Counted from the first letter of the stretch, positions 32,304-41,800 are shown. The stretch is DNA of 49,201 nt from Elusimicrobiota bacterium (GCA_022013385.1 JAKLQJ010000202.1:1-49201), one strand, 5' to 3'. Notes: generated from the letters alone by a model not told the origin. Translations and numbers: made by a program.

Positions 32304-33310
32304 AATAATTTAAATCCTTGTTCAGGCAATATAAATTCTAACAAAAGAAGCAGGAAAACAATAAATAAAACAAATTGGTATCTATTTTTGAAACTCGCGC
32401 GGTTTGAAAATTTAACTTCTGAAAGCTGGGAAGTTCCGATGTTTTTATATATTTCATTTGCCACCGTTTCCGGCTGGCTATAACGGATATATTTTCCCGA
32501 GGTTTGGGCGGACAGTTCCTTTAGGACTCGTTCATTAAGTCGGGTAACCACCGTTTTTCCGTCTTTATCCTTTTTATAGCCGGCGGCATTTCCTTTGGAA
32601 TCCGTAATGGGTATTAATTCTCCGTCAGCGCTTCCTATTCCGATCGTAAAAATACGCGTTTGATTTTTAGCCGCGTATTCGGCGGCATCTTTGATATTTT
32701 CAGAAAAATCTTCTCCGTCGGTTATTATAATAACGGTTTTCTCGCCCCCTCGATCTTTTAGCATATCTACCGATTTTGTGACAGCTAGCGCTAAATCAGT
32801 GCCTTTTTGTTTTATCATGCCGACGCGCAGAGACGAGACAAAATAATTAAAAGCGTCTTTATCGGTGGTTAGAGGGCATTGAACAAAGGCGTTTCCGCTA
32901 AAGGCTATTATGCCCGCGCGATAATTGTCAAAGGAGCTTATTAAGCTCTTTATCATAAATTTGGCATTTTCCATCCTGGACGGTTTTAAATCTTGAGCAA
33001 GCATGGACGCGGAAGTATCAACCGCTATGACGATATTGCCGTTAAGCTCGCCCACAGGCGCGAATTCCACCCCCCATTGTGGCCCGGCGGCTGAGATAAA
33101 AGCCAATAATAAAGCCGCTAAGAAAAACCAGTTTTTTATTTTTATTCTTAAAATAGCCGAGCTTTCGGTAAGCCTCGTATACGCTTTTTCCGGCATTATT
33201 TTTTTAATAATATTTTTCTTTGAAGCTTCGGATTTAAAAAATACGATAAGCAATAAAGCGTAAAGGGCAAGAGAGTAAAGAAGAATATTTGAATATTTGA
33301 AAAGATTCAT
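32261..33310 (-). CDS. batB: BatB-like von Willebrand factor A (VWA) membrane protein
   Basis: MIDAS 'IAVDTSASM'. 'AGIIAFSGNAFVQCPLTTD', 'VIIITDGEDF'. N- and C-terminal TM helices. Confidence 0.85.
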   Translation of the reverse strand: MNLFKYSNILLYSLALYALLLIVFFKSEASKKNIIKKIMPEKAYTRLTESSAILRIKIKNWFFLAALLLAFISAAGPQWGVEFAPVGELNGNIVIAVDTSASMLAQDLKPSRMENAKFMIKSLISSFDNYRAGIIAFSGNAFVQCPLTTDKDAFNYFVSSLRVGMIKQKGTDLALAVTKSVDMLKDRGGEKTVIIITDGEDFSENIKDAAEYAAKNQTRIFTIGIGSADGELIPITDSKGNAAGYKKDKDGKTVVTRLNERVLKELSAQTSGKYIRYSQPETVANEIYKNIGTSQLSEVKFSNRASFKNRYQFVLFIVFLLLLLEFILPEQGFKLFWRNLWHKLKLKKS

Positions 33311-33363
33311 TTTTTTGTCGTTTTTTTGTTTCTTCTTCTGTTTCTCCTCTTAAATATAACTTG

Positions 33364-33404
33364 TCCCGCCTATGGCGGGAGTGACTTGTCCCGCCAAAGG
33401 CGGG
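33364..33404. repeat. two tandem GACTTGTCCCGCC-WWW-GGCGGG hairpin units
   Basis: tcccgcctatggcggga (33364-80) and tcccgccaaaggcggg (33389-404), each preceded by (g)acttg. Confidence 0.8.
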
Positions 33405-33418
33405 GGCGACTTGTGACT

Positions 33419-33442
33419 AAAAAAGCGCTCGGCGCTTTTTTT
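33419..33442 (-). terminator. rho-independent (bidirectional-type) terminator immediately after batA
   Basis: aaaaaagcgc-tcg-gcgcttttttt. The T/A runs overlap the batA stop codon (33441-43). Confidence 0.65.
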
Positions 33443-34424
33443 ACGGTATCCTCATAAAATAAGTTTTCTCAAGCAAAAAAACTATAAGTAAAAGCGCTAT
33501 TGCGGGAAACAAGAAATAAGGGTATAAATCCCTATAATTTGAAAATATTCTAATATCAAATTCCGTTTTTTCAAGAGAGTCTATCAGAGAGTATATTTCC
33601 TCCAAATCCTTATGGCTTTTGGCTCTAAAAAATTTTCCGCCTGTGGTATTGGATATTTCCATTAAAGTGGCTTCATCCAAATCCTCGTTTATATAGCCGA
33701 TGGGATTAAAAGGGTCATTTGTGGGTATTTCAGCTTTTCCTTTTGAAGCTGTGCCTATGGTATGGATTTTGATATCGAATGTTTCGGCTGTTTTCGCGGC
33801 ATAGACAGGGTCCGATATTATGCCGGTATTTGATCTGCCGTCCGTAAGGAGAATGATGATTTTGCTTTTTGCCGAACTTTCCTTTATGTGATTTATAGCA
33901 GTCATTATAGCGTCGCCTATTGCCGTGCCGGCATTATCAATCATATTAAGATAGACCGTATCTATAAATTCCGTTATGGCCGGATAATCAAGCGTAAGCG
34001 GACAAGTCATAATGGCTGTTTCGCCGAAAACCACAATTCCTATTCTGTCATTTGAGCGCTTTTTTATAAAATCAGCGGCCGCTTTTTTAGCGGCTTCAAG
34101 CCTATTGGGTTTGAAATCCAAAGCCGCCATGCTGTAAGATGTGTCCAAACATAAGATTATATCCACACCTTTCGCTGGAGGAATATCGCTTTTTGAAACT
34201 TCCTGCGGCCGCGCGAGCGCGATTATAATGAGAATAATGGCTATCAATCTTCCGCCATAGCCGAGAATATTGGATAATTGCGCTTTAAGAGTTTCTATCT
34301 GAGGGATATCAAAAGATATTTTTAAAGCCGCTTTTTTTGCGATTGTCGGCGCTAATTTTAAAAAGATTGCGGCAGCTAAAACTGCGGGTATCAAATATAA
34401 AAATTGATAGTTTTTAAAAATCAT
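33441..34424 (-). CDS. batA: BatA-like VWA membrane protein
   Basis: MIDAS 'LCLDTSYSM'. 'IGIVVFGETAIMTCPLTLDY', 'IILLTDGRSN'. I prefer the ATG at 34422-24 (MIFKNYQFLYL...) because it forms an ATGA overlap with the upstream stop. The track ORF extends to 34475. Confidence 0.85.
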   Translation of the reverse strand: MIFKNYQFLYLIPAVLAAAIFLKLAPTIAKKAALKISFDIPQIETLKAQLSNILGYGGRLIAIILIIIALARPQEVSKSDIPPAKGVDIILCLDTSYSMAALDFKPNRLEAAKKAAADFIKKRSNDRIGIVVFGETAIMTCPLTLDYPAITEFIDTVYLNMIDNAGTAIGDAIMTAINHIKESSAKSKIIILLTDGRSNTGIISDPVYAAKTAETFDIKIHTIGTASKGKAEIPTNDPFNPIGYINEDLDEATLMEISNTTGGKFFRAKSHKDLEEIYSLIDSLEKTEFDIRIFSNYRDLYPYFLFPAIALLLIVFLLEKTYFMRIP

Positions 34425-35467
34425 TTTGCTTCCTTGGAATTTTCTTTTTTTTCGATTGCTTGTGCGTGTTCGCAAGCAGTCAGACGATAAGAATGAAAAC
34501 TTTCTATAATTTCTTTTGACGCCGCAATATCCCTGTCTTTTTCCGTATCGGACGGTTTAAACTTGGCGAATTTTACAAGATCCGAAAATTGTAGAAGCTT
34601 CTTCACTTTTATCAATAATTCTATATCGTCGTTTGAAGCTTTTAATTTTTTCAAAAGGGTGTTTGTCGTCATTAAGGGAGCGACGATTGAGAATTCATCC
34701 ATGATATAAAGCCTTAAAATATCTGAAAGGCGTATATAGAATTTTTTTTGTTTTCCTTCCGTCCATAATTTGGACGCTGCCAGAATTCTTATGTTTTCCA
34801 TGGCTTTTTGATAAGGAGTCTTAATATCTTTCATTTTAGTTTTTGGTATAAGAGAAATATTTTTTTTTCTTATTATGGCAATGGCTACCGCGATAATGGC
34901 CGCGATTATTATGAAAATTATGATTGCCTTCCATATTGAAAAAAATTGAAACGGCGGATAAATATCTCGCACATCCTTATCTTCTTTTTTTAGATATGGC
35001 AGGATATCAATGGTAATAGCAGGGCTTTTAAACTTAAATGTTTTCTCCTCTTCATTTTGAAAAGACCATGAGAGGGCGGGAAAAGTGGCTATGCCTATTT
35101 CAAACGGGATAATATTAAATTCAAATTTTTTGTTTGCAAGATTTTTATCCTGCGGCGTTTCGATACCGAGTTCTTTGATTGAAATTATTTCAAAAGGCTG
35201 AGTGTCTTGCTCTGTAATATCTATTTTTATGTTTTTTGAATACGAGCTTTGGCTTATTTCAAAAATCAGTTTAAAGGGCTGGGCAAGCTTTATGTTTTCT
35301 ATTGACGGCGATAAAGAATATTTTATTGTTACGGCCTGCGATTTGTCTGCCTGCGCAGAGCCGGCTGATTCTTGCCCCCGCGCCTTGTTTTCGGAAGAAA
35401 TTGCGGGGGCGGCGCAATATAAGCAAAAAAACAGGAATATGGAAATTGTTTTCATTGAAGAGTTCAT
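34421..35467 (-). CDS. membrane protein at the DUF4381 position of Bat operons, with an enlarged periplasmic N-terminal domain
   Basis: Signal peptide, about 170-aa beta-rich region, TM 'IIIFIIIAAIIAVAIAII', C-terminal helical region. Sits between the DUF58 gene and batA, as in Bacteroides-type operons. Confidence 0.55.
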   Translation of the reverse strand: MNSSMKTISIFLFFCLYCAAPAISSENKARGQESAGSAQADKSQAVTIKYSLSPSIENIKLAQPFKLIFEISQSSYSKNIKIDITEQDTQPFEIISIKELGIETPQDKNLANKKFEFNIIPFEIGIATFPALSWSFQNEEEKTFKFKSPAITIDILPYLKKEDKDVRDIYPPFQFFSIWKAIIIFIIIAAIIAVAIAIIRKKNISLIPKTKMKDIKTPYQKAMENIRILAASKLWTEGKQKKFYIRLSDILRLYIMDEFSIVAPLMTTNTLLKKLKASNDDIELLIKVKKLLQFSDLVKFAKFKPSDTEKDRDIAASKEIIESFHSYRLTACEHAQAIEKKENSKEAK

Positions 35468-36358
35468 TTACATCCTCGTTCTTAAGTGTTCTCTTCGCTT
35501 GAAAAATTGCATAACGGGTTTATAGATTTCTTCATCGGTGGATATGTTTATAAAATCAATGCCGGCCTTTGAGAATAATTTTTCCGTTTTTTTTCGCCGC
35601 TCGTCGTTGAGATTGAAATAATCTTTTAAAAAGCGCGGATTTGAAAAATCCGCGAGAAATGCCGAGGATTCATTTTCCAAGTTTTCCGTTTGCGCCAAAA
35701 CATTAATCGGCTTAATGTTTTTTTCCAGTTTATCCGATACCACCACGGGGATGATATCATGTTTCAGTTTTGCCAATTTTAATGATTTTTGGAAATCATC
35801 GTCTAAAAAATCGGATATCAGGATTATTATGGAGCGCCTTTTTAAAAGTTTATTAACTTCATCTATGGCATGGGCTATATTTGTTTTTTTGCTTTTGGGT
35901 TTATAGGCTATCAGTTCGCGTATTATTCTTAAAATATGGTTTTTTCCTTTTCTCGGCGGAATATACAATTCCGTTCTGTCCGTAAACAGCAACAGTCCCG
36001 TTTTATCCCCGTTTTTAAGGGCCGAAAAAGCGAATGTGGCGGCAAGTTCCGCGGATACATCATTTTTAAATTTTGGTTGTGAGCCGAAAAATTGCGAGCC
36101 CGAAATATCACAAACCACCATAACCGTCAATTCTCTTTCTTCCGAATATTTTTTGACAAAGGGTTTTGAAAACTTGGCTGTTACATTCCAATCTATATCG
36201 CGAATATCGTCGCCCGGAACATATTCTCTCACTTCTGAGAATTCCATGCCGCGCCCTTTGAAGACACTTTGGTATTCTCCCGCGAAGGTTTCGCTCACGA
36301 GTCTTCCGGTTTTTATTTCTATTTGGCGGACTTTTTTTAGTATTTCTGCGGTATCCAT
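35468..36358 (-). CDS. DUF58 protein (MoxR-associated, VWA-like)
   Basis: 'FSEVREYVPGDDIRDIDWNVTAKFSKPFVKKYSEERELTVMVVCDISGS' is the hallmark DUF58 segment. Confidence 0.85.
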   Translation of the reverse strand: MDTAEILKKVRQIEIKTGRLVSETFAGEYQSVFKGRGMEFSEVREYVPGDDIRDIDWNVTAKFSKPFVKKYSEERELTVMVVCDISGSQFFGSQPKFKNDVSAELAATFAFSALKNGDKTGLLLFTDRTELYIPPRKGKNHILRIIRELIAYKPKSKKTNIAHAIDEVNKLLKRRSIIILISDFLDDDFQKSLKLAKLKHDIIPVVVSDKLEKNIKPINVLAQTENLENESSAFLADFSNPRFLKDYFNLNDERRKKTEKLFSKAGIDFINISTDEEIYKPVMQFFKRREHLRTRM

Positions 36359-36360
36359 AA

Positions 36361-36470
36361 TTCAGGTCTCAAGTTGCAAGTCTCAAGTCTCAGGCAACTG
36401 GTGACTGGTCTCAGGTCTCAGGCAACTGGTGACTGGTGACTTGGAAACTGGTGACTGGTTACAGGTTTTC
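36361..36470. repeat. short tandem repeats (GTCTCAGG / ACTGGTG words), including a perfect 23-bp direct repeat
   Basis: gtctcaggcaactggtgactggt at 36387-36409 and 36415-36437. A related ctgtgacctgcaacctg word at 36537-64 resembles 28700-28725. Confidence 0.75.
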
Positions 36471-36565
36471 CCTCTCTTAAACCCTCTTCATAAACTTCTT
36501 GCGCAACTTGCTTTTCTGATATCCGTTTTCAGTAGTTTGTTACCTGTGACCTGCAACCTGCGACT

Positions 36566-36589
36566 AAAAAGGCGCATAGCGCCTTTTTT
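36566..36589 (-). terminator. rho-independent (bidirectional-type) terminator immediately after moxR
   Basis: aaaaaggcgc-ata-gcgcctttttt overlapping the moxR stop (36588-90). Same 'gactaaaaa' left flank as the batA terminator. Confidence 0.65.
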
Positions 36590-37577
36590 ATGGCACTTCA
36601 ATTGTTTCAAAAACGGTTTTTATTATGGTTTCAGCGTTTATATCTTCGGCCTCTGCTTCATATGTCGGCAGAATTCTATGTCTAAGAATATCATAGCCTA
36701 TGGTTTTTATGTCTTCGGGCGTTACATATCCTCTTCCATCCATAAAAGCGAATGATTTTGCCGCCTGAATCATAAATATTCCGGCTCTGGGGCTTGCGCC
36801 ATAAAGTATCCAAGGTTTAAGCGAAGGCATACCGTATTTTTCGGGATATCTTGTGGAATGGACGATATCCAGAACATAGTTCTTGATTTTGTCGTCGACA
36901 TAAATTATATCGGCTGTTTTTCTGGCTTCCAAAATCTTTTCTATACTTACAACTTTTTTGGCGGCCGGGATCTCTTGTCGGCTCATTGTTTCAAGAATTT
37001 GTTTTTCTTCTATTTTGCTTGGATAGGTTATGTTCAGCTTGAGCATAAACCTGTCTACCTGCGCTTCGGGAAGAGGATAAGTCCCTTCTTGCTCAATGGG
37101 ATTTTGAGTGGCCATAACTAAAAACAATTCGGGAAGCTTGTATGTTGTATCCGATATGGTTACTTGCCTCTCCTGCATAGCTTCCAGCAACGCGCTTTGC
37201 ACTTTCGCGGGCGCTCTGTTTATTTCATCGGCGAGAATGATATTTGAGAAGACAGGACCTTTTCTGATAGAGAAGGAACTCTCTTTGGGATTGAAAATTA
37301 AGGTGCCCACAATATCTGCGGGAAGAAGATCGGGGGTAAATTGGATTCTTTGAAAATCGGAGTTTATGGTTTTAGACAAGGTATGAACGGTAAGCGTTTT
37401 TGCGAGCCCCGGCACGCCTTCAATCAAGATATGTCCGTTCGAAAGCATTCCGACCAATAAACCGTTTATCAAATCTTCTTGGCCGACTATAACTTTGGCC
37501 ATTTCTTTTCTAAGGTCATGAATAAAAAGGCACTCTTGGCCGACTTTTTTATTTAACTCAGATATCTCAATATCCAT
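36588..37577 (-). CDS. moxR: MoxR-family AAA+ ATPase
   Basis: 'IVGQEDLINGLLVGMLSNGHILIEGVPGLAKT', 'ILADEINRAPAKVQSALLEAMQERQVT', 'VMATQNPIEQEGTYPLPEAQVDRF'. Confidence 0.92.
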   Translation of the reverse strand: MDIEISELNKKVGQECLFIHDLRKEMAKVIVGQEDLINGLLVGMLSNGHILIEGVPGLAKTLTVHTLSKTINSDFQRIQFTPDLLPADIVGTLIFNPKESSFSIRKGPVFSNIILADEINRAPAKVQSALLEAMQERQVTISDTTYKLPELFLVMATQNPIEQEGTYPLPEAQVDRFMLKLNITYPSKIEEKQILETMSRQEIPAAKKVVSIEKILEARKTADIIYVDDKIKNYVLDIVHSTRYPEKYGMPSLKPWILYGASPRAGIFMIQAAKSFAFMDGRGYVTPEDIKTIGYDILRHRILPTYEAEAEDINAETIIKTVFETIEVP

Positions 37578-37631
37578 AGAAAAAACCTCCGAAATAAGTT
37601 TTAAAATTCAAAATTGTCGCATCGAATTTTA

Positions 37632-38237
37632 TTACTCGATCTTAAAAATGGGTTTCATTTCAAGTTCTTGTATTAGTTTTTCTTTGTCTGCTTCCACATC
37701 TTTCCGGATGGAATTTATGGCTTTAAGCGCTTCAATCTTTACATCTTCATCATAATCGTTTAGGGCTATATTCAGTATGGGAATAGCTTCTTTATTCCCG
37801 AAGCCGCCTATGGCTTTAACGGCGCTGATTTTGGTTTTTTTATCATAATTACCAAGCGCCTCGGCAAGAAGATGAAGGCTGATTCTGGTTTTGTCTTTTC
37901 CGAGCATGTTGATTAAATTTTGTTTAACACTGCTTTCGGTTTCCGTTTCAAACATATTTTTTATTATAGCGGGAGATTGTTCATCTTGCATTTGCCATAA
38001 GAGTTCCATGGCTGCGAATCTGACATCGGGATTTACATCCATGGTTAAGCCTCTCAGTATGACAAGGGTTTCTTTTGAGAATCTCATAATATAAACTCTT
38101 TCGGGCTTTGTAGGCAGAACTTCTTCCTGTTTTATTTGTTTGGTTTTTTTAATTTCTACTTGCGTTTTTTTCTCTTTTTGTTCGTTCAGATAGTATATGC
38201 CCGCAATGAAAACAAGAATCATTAAGAACCATTTCAT
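37632..38237 (-). CDS. membrane-anchored HEAT-repeat protein
   Basis: N-terminal TM 'FLMILVFIAGIYYL'. HEAT-like units 'DVNPDVRFAAMELLWQM', 'KKTKISAVKAIGGFGNKEAIPILNIALNDYDEDVKIEALKAI'. 54 nt upstream of moxR. Confidence 0.65.
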   Translation of the reverse strand: MKWFLMILVFIAGIYYLNEQKEKKTQVEIKKTKQIKQEEVLPTKPERVYIMRFSKETLVILRGLTMDVNPDVRFAAMELLWQMQDEQSPAIIKNMFETETESSVKQNLINMLGKDKTRISLHLLAEALGNYDKKTKISAVKAIGGFGNKEAIPILNIALNDYDEDVKIEALKAINSIRKDVEADKEKLIQELEMKPIFKIE

Positions 38238-38498
38238 ATTTCTAATCCTTCTTTTATCCCTTAAACTTGAATATTATTCTATCATTTTTTTGTTTGTTTT
38301 TTGCAAGGGGGCGCAAAAAAAATCGATTAGCTGTTTTTGCGTATTTTGCGGCGCTAATTTGTATAATAATAAAAACTTGCCCGATTAGAAGTTTGATTGA
38401 TTGAATATGTTAAAAAATGCGATTGTCAAATTATCTGCTGTTCCAAAGATTTGTTTTATGTCGGCCAAACTTCTAAAGGGATAGCGAGGTTAAATAAT

Positions 38499-39401
38499 AT
38501 GAACGATAAATTTGAATTTGATCCTTCCGTCGTTAATAAAGACCGTAAACCGATTCAACTGAATTCCGAGCCTGTAGATTCAGAAAATGACGATTATCAG
38601 CGGGATAATTTTGACATTTTAAAGCCCGCGGGTTTTAATGAAAGGCTTATTGCTTATGTTATCGACGCTTTGCCTTTTGTAGCGGTGTGCTATTGGACTT
38701 TAGTCAAACTTGTAAGCGCTGAGTTTATTGTTTTTAATCCGCGAAATGAGCTTAAATGGAAGCTTATTTGGATATTCCTATATTTGGTCTACGAGACAAT
38801 TTTTTCTTCCGGCGGCAGAGCCACTCTCGGAAAATATATTATGGGCATAAGAGTGAAAAACTCGGATGGAAATGATTTGAGTATAGGCAAGGCATTTCTA
38901 AGATCCATTGCTTATTTTATCAGTTCCATCCCTCTTAACGCTGGTTTTTTGATGGCGCTTTTTACCGCTAAAAAAAGAGCTCTGCATGATTATATCGGCT
39001 CTAGCAGAGTAATAAAGGTAAGAGAGAATGGGCCAATGGCGGAAGGATTTATTATTGTTGTCGCTTGGGGATTATTGGCTTTTTTTATAGGCAGCTGGGT
39101 AAATCAAAGTTTCTTAACGCTTGCTCCTTCGGAAAAAAAGCAAATTATTCTTGCCAAAAGAAGTCTTTCAAGAATAGGCCGGCTTGAAGAAATTCATAAA
39201 CAAAGATACGGCGGATATACAAGTGATATAAAAAGGCTTATTGTTTTAAGCCATGACGCTCGCGCTATAAAAGAAGACCTCGTAAAAAATATACAAATAG
39301 ATTCTCTTCTAATTTCATCAAACGGCAAGGATTATATCATTTCGGCCAAGGCAAAAAATTGGCGAAAAAGCGAAGTTAAAATAATATCCGCCCGTCGCTA
39401 G
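38499..39401 (+). CDS. RDD-family membrane protein
   Basis: 'RLIAYVIDALPFVAV', 'ATLGKYIMGIRVKNSDG', 'FLRSIAYFISSIPLNAGFLMALFTAKKRALHDYIGSSRV'. I prefer the ATG at 38499 (GAGG 9 nt upstream) over the track start at 38397, whose first 34 codons are Cys-rich and atypical. Confidence 0.75.
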   Translation: MNDKFEFDPSVVNKDRKPIQLNSEPVDSENDDYQRDNFDILKPAGFNERLIAYVIDALPFVAVCYWTLVKLVSAEFIVFNPRNELKWKLIWIFLYLVYETIFSSGGRATLGKYIMGIRVKNSDGNDLSIGKAFLRSIAYFISSIPLNAGFLMALFTAKKRALHDYIGSSRVIKVRENGPMAEGFIIVVAWGLLAFFIGSWVNQSFLTLAPSEKKQIILAKRSLSRIGRLEEIHKQRYGGYTSDIKRLIVLSHDARAIKEDLVKNIQIDSLLISSNGKDYIISAKAKNWRKSEVKIISARR

Positions 39402-39404
39402 CGC

Positions 39405-39956
39405 TCACGCATTTGTCTTATTTTCATTCACGCTTTGGCATACCAAGCAATATCTTGTCTGCGGAATAGCTTTAATGCGGAGTTTTTTTATGGGTTTTTT
39501 GCAATATTCGCATATACCGTAAGAGCCATTATCTAGTCTTCTCAGAGCCGCGTCCACATCCTCAAGCATGCCTAGTTCATTTCCGGAAAGTTCAAAAAAC
39601 ATCTCTTTGTCCAAACTTTGATTCGCTATGTCTATAACATCACCCGTATCGTGTTCAACCAGATCCAGTTCTTTTTTTGTTTTTACGATATTAGCGAGAG
39701 ATACTCGCAGTTCTTTAAGTTGTTTGGTTAAGGCGTTTAATTCCTTAGCGCTGAATATGTCTTCGCTTTTAGCGGTTTTTTTAATTTTTACCGAGTTTTT
39801 GCTTTGAATTGTTTTTTTAGTTTTAGCGGGTTTTTTGGTTTTAACAAACTTTTTTACAGGATTGTTCTTTTTGCTTTTTAAACTCTTTTTTGAAGAGGTT
39901 TTTTTTAGCTTTTTCTTAGTTTTCAATTTTGACATGTTTTTTCTCCTCTTGTCCAT
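39405..39956 (-). CDS. dksA: DksA/TraR-family C4 zinc-finger protein with a Lys-rich N-terminal extension
   Basis: C-terminal 'CEYCKKPIKKLRIKAIPQTRYCLVCQ' (CxxC-N17-CxxC) after a coiled-coil. First ~65 aa are KKKLKKTSSKKSLKSKK... low complexity. Confidence 0.8.
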   Translation of the reverse strand: MDKRRKNMSKLKTKKKLKKTSSKKSLKSKKNNPVKKFVKTKKPAKTKKTIQSKNSVKIKKTAKSEDIFSAKELNALTKQLKELRVSLANIVKTKKELDLVEHDTGDVIDIANQSLDKEMFFELSGNELGMLEDVDAALRRLDNGSYGICEYCKKPIKKLRIKAIPQTRYCLVCQSVNENKTNA

Positions 39957-41025
39957 ACGATGTTGTAAAGAACATCGGCTTATTTTTTCTTATGGTTTGT
40001 TTGTTTTGTGAAATAAGTTTTCTATGATATTTCGGGATGCTGAACATTCCGATTATTGTTTCACCGTCAATAAATTTTGGCTCATTTTTAAATTTTTGAG
40101 ATATGAGTTTATCTATTTGAGGCGCTTTCATTAATAACGGGTCCAATGCCCGATTATCCGCGCAAAAAGTAAAAGCCCAAGGCATATCATAGGACGGAAT
40201 ATAAATCATATAGGAACGGACAACTTTAAATACCTTTTTTAAAGTGTTGTTTATAGCGGGGTGCAACTTGAATTGCAGAGGCGTGCCGGGTCCGCTTTGC
40301 GCGGCGAAGATGCCGTTTTTATTAAGCTTTTTTTTAAGGGTTTTATAAAATTCAAGCGTATACATTTCAAAGGCAGGACCTCCTTCTATGGGGCTTGGCA
40401 GATCGGAATAGATAATGTCAAATTTGTTTTTTGTTTCTTCTACAAATTTTTTAGCGTCTTGCACGAGAAGTTTCATTCTTGTGTTTTTAAAAGAACCGCG
40501 ATGCCATGAAGGCATGAATTTTTTTGCGAATTCCACTATTTCCCGATCAATATCAACCATGATCAGATTTTCTATGCTTTTGGCATTCAATATATCTCTG
40601 GCGGTCGCTCCTTCTCCTCCTCCCAATATTAAAGCGGTTTTGGGATTTGGATGCGTTATAATCGCGGGACAGACAAGAGATTCATGATAAAAAACTTCGT
40701 CAAATTTACAGGATTGGGTTTCCGAGTCTATTACCAGGCATGTGCCGAAAGCATTTGTTTCAAGCAATGTCGCTTTTTGAAATTTTGTTTGAGATGATGC
40801 AATGACTCGCAAGATTTTATGGGCATGGAATTCACCTTCGCTAAACCATTCCACAAACCATTTCCCCTTAGGAAGTTTTGTCTCGCTCGTTTTCAGCCAA
40901 TCAAACTGTTTGGCCGTTTTTTTAGCCATAGGCTTTGATAATCCCTTTGTGTTTCCGGAGGAAACAATGCCGTGGGGACGCTGAGGCGCTGGCATAGACT
41001 TAAAACTATTGGATATTTTTTTCAT
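39916..41025 (-). CDS. speE: spermidine synthase / polyamine aminopropyltransferase with an N-terminal extension
   Basis: 'ALILGGGEGATARDIL', 'MVDIDREIVEFAKKFMP', 'FDIIYSDLPSP'. ATGA overlap with the speH stop. Confidence 0.85.
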   Translation of the reverse strand: MKKISNSFKSMPAPQRPHGIVSSGNTKGLSKPMAKKTAKQFDWLKTSETKLPKGKWFVEWFSEGEFHAHKILRVIASSQTKFQKATLLETNAFGTCLVIDSETQSCKFDEVFYHESLVCPAIITHPNPKTALILGGGEGATARDILNAKSIENLIMVDIDREIVEFAKKFMPSWHRGSFKNTRMKLLVQDAKKFVEETKNKFDIIYSDLPSPIEGGPAFEMYTLEFYKTLKKKLNKNGIFAAQSGPGTPLQFKLHPAINNTLKKVFKVVRSYMIYIPSYDMPWAFTFCADNRALDPLLMKAPQIDKLISQKFKNEPKFIDGETIIGMFSIPKYHRKLISQNKQTIRKNKPMFFTTSYGQEEKKHVKIEN

Positions 41026-41375
41026 TTGCCTATTATTCCCCGTTCCATTTTCATCACACTGAAATGTTTGGATTTGAAAAGTTTTTTTATCACTTTAAAC
41101 GCTTTCCACGGCATTGTTTTCGAGCCGCAAGTAAATAAATCAACTGCCGCGTATTTGTGCTCCGGCCATGTATGAATGGCAAAATGAGATTCGGCTATTA
41201 CAACCACGCCCGATACTCCGTGAGGCGTGAAATGATGGAAGAAGGAATCTATTATTGTTGTTTCAGCGGCTTTTGCCGCTTGTAGCATAATATTTTGAAC
41301 TTTATCCACATCAGAAAGAGTTTTAAAACTACAATCATAAAGTTCCACAATAAGATGTTCGCCCAAAACCTTCAT
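41022..41375 (-). CDS. speH: S-adenosylmethionine decarboxylase proenzyme (small, pyruvoyl type)
   Basis: 'GEHLIVELYDC', self-cleavage region 'VVVIAESHFAIHTWPE', 'AAVDLFTCG'. 117 aa. Confidence 0.9.
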   Translation of the reverse strand: MKVLGEHLIVELYDCSFKTLSDVDKVQNIMLQAAKAAETTIIDSFFHHFTPHGVSGVVVIAESHFAIHTWPEHKYAAVDLFTCGSKTMPWKAFKVIKKLFKSKHFSVMKMERGIIGK

Positions 41376-41553
41376 TTATAATCCCATTTGAAATGCCAAT
41401 ATCATTTATTTTAGTGTATAAATCTATAAAATTTTCATAGCTAAGTCAAAGCAATCGAGCCGGCATGGCGTTTATAGCGTTCATAGAGTTTACAATATAA
41501 TGCGCAATGCTCAAAGCCGTTAATAGCGTTAATAGCGTTTGGTGTTTGAGAAT

Positions 41554-41584
41554 CTAGGTAATTAGCAACATGGCAACAAGGTCA
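41554..41584 (+). repeat. 'GGTAATTAG(G)CAACATGGCAACAAGG' intergenic module
   Basis: ctaggtaattagcaacatggcaacaaggtca. Confidence 0.7.
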
Positions 41585-41610
41585 TTACCATAGTTCATGA
41601 CACCAGCTTG

Positions 41611-41640
41611 TCCCGTGGCGCCATAGGCTTCGCCACGGGA
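41611..41640. repeat. perfect 10-bp stem / 10-nt loop hairpin
   Basis: tcccgtggcg-ccataggctt-cgccacggga. The arm resembles tatcccgtggcg at 13799-13810. Confidence 0.7.
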
Positions 41641-41800
41641 ATAAGCCATAATCTCGCTGTTCCGGAACAAAGTTGAAACTCCAATCGCCAAAATCCTGAT
41701 GTGTCCCAATCCATGTAGTTGCAAAACTTTTTTGTCTAGAGGGAGACAACATGGCAGTAACGGACACAGTGCAACAAGATTTGATTGTTTGATGTCGCTC

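Noticed and set aside
38397-38498. N-terminal 34 codons of the RDD-protein ORF as given in the track
   Set aside because: Cys-rich and atypical (MIEYVKKCDCQIICCSK...), with no ribosome-binding site. The in-frame ATG at 38499 has a GAGG 9 nt upstream and begins the conserved part.
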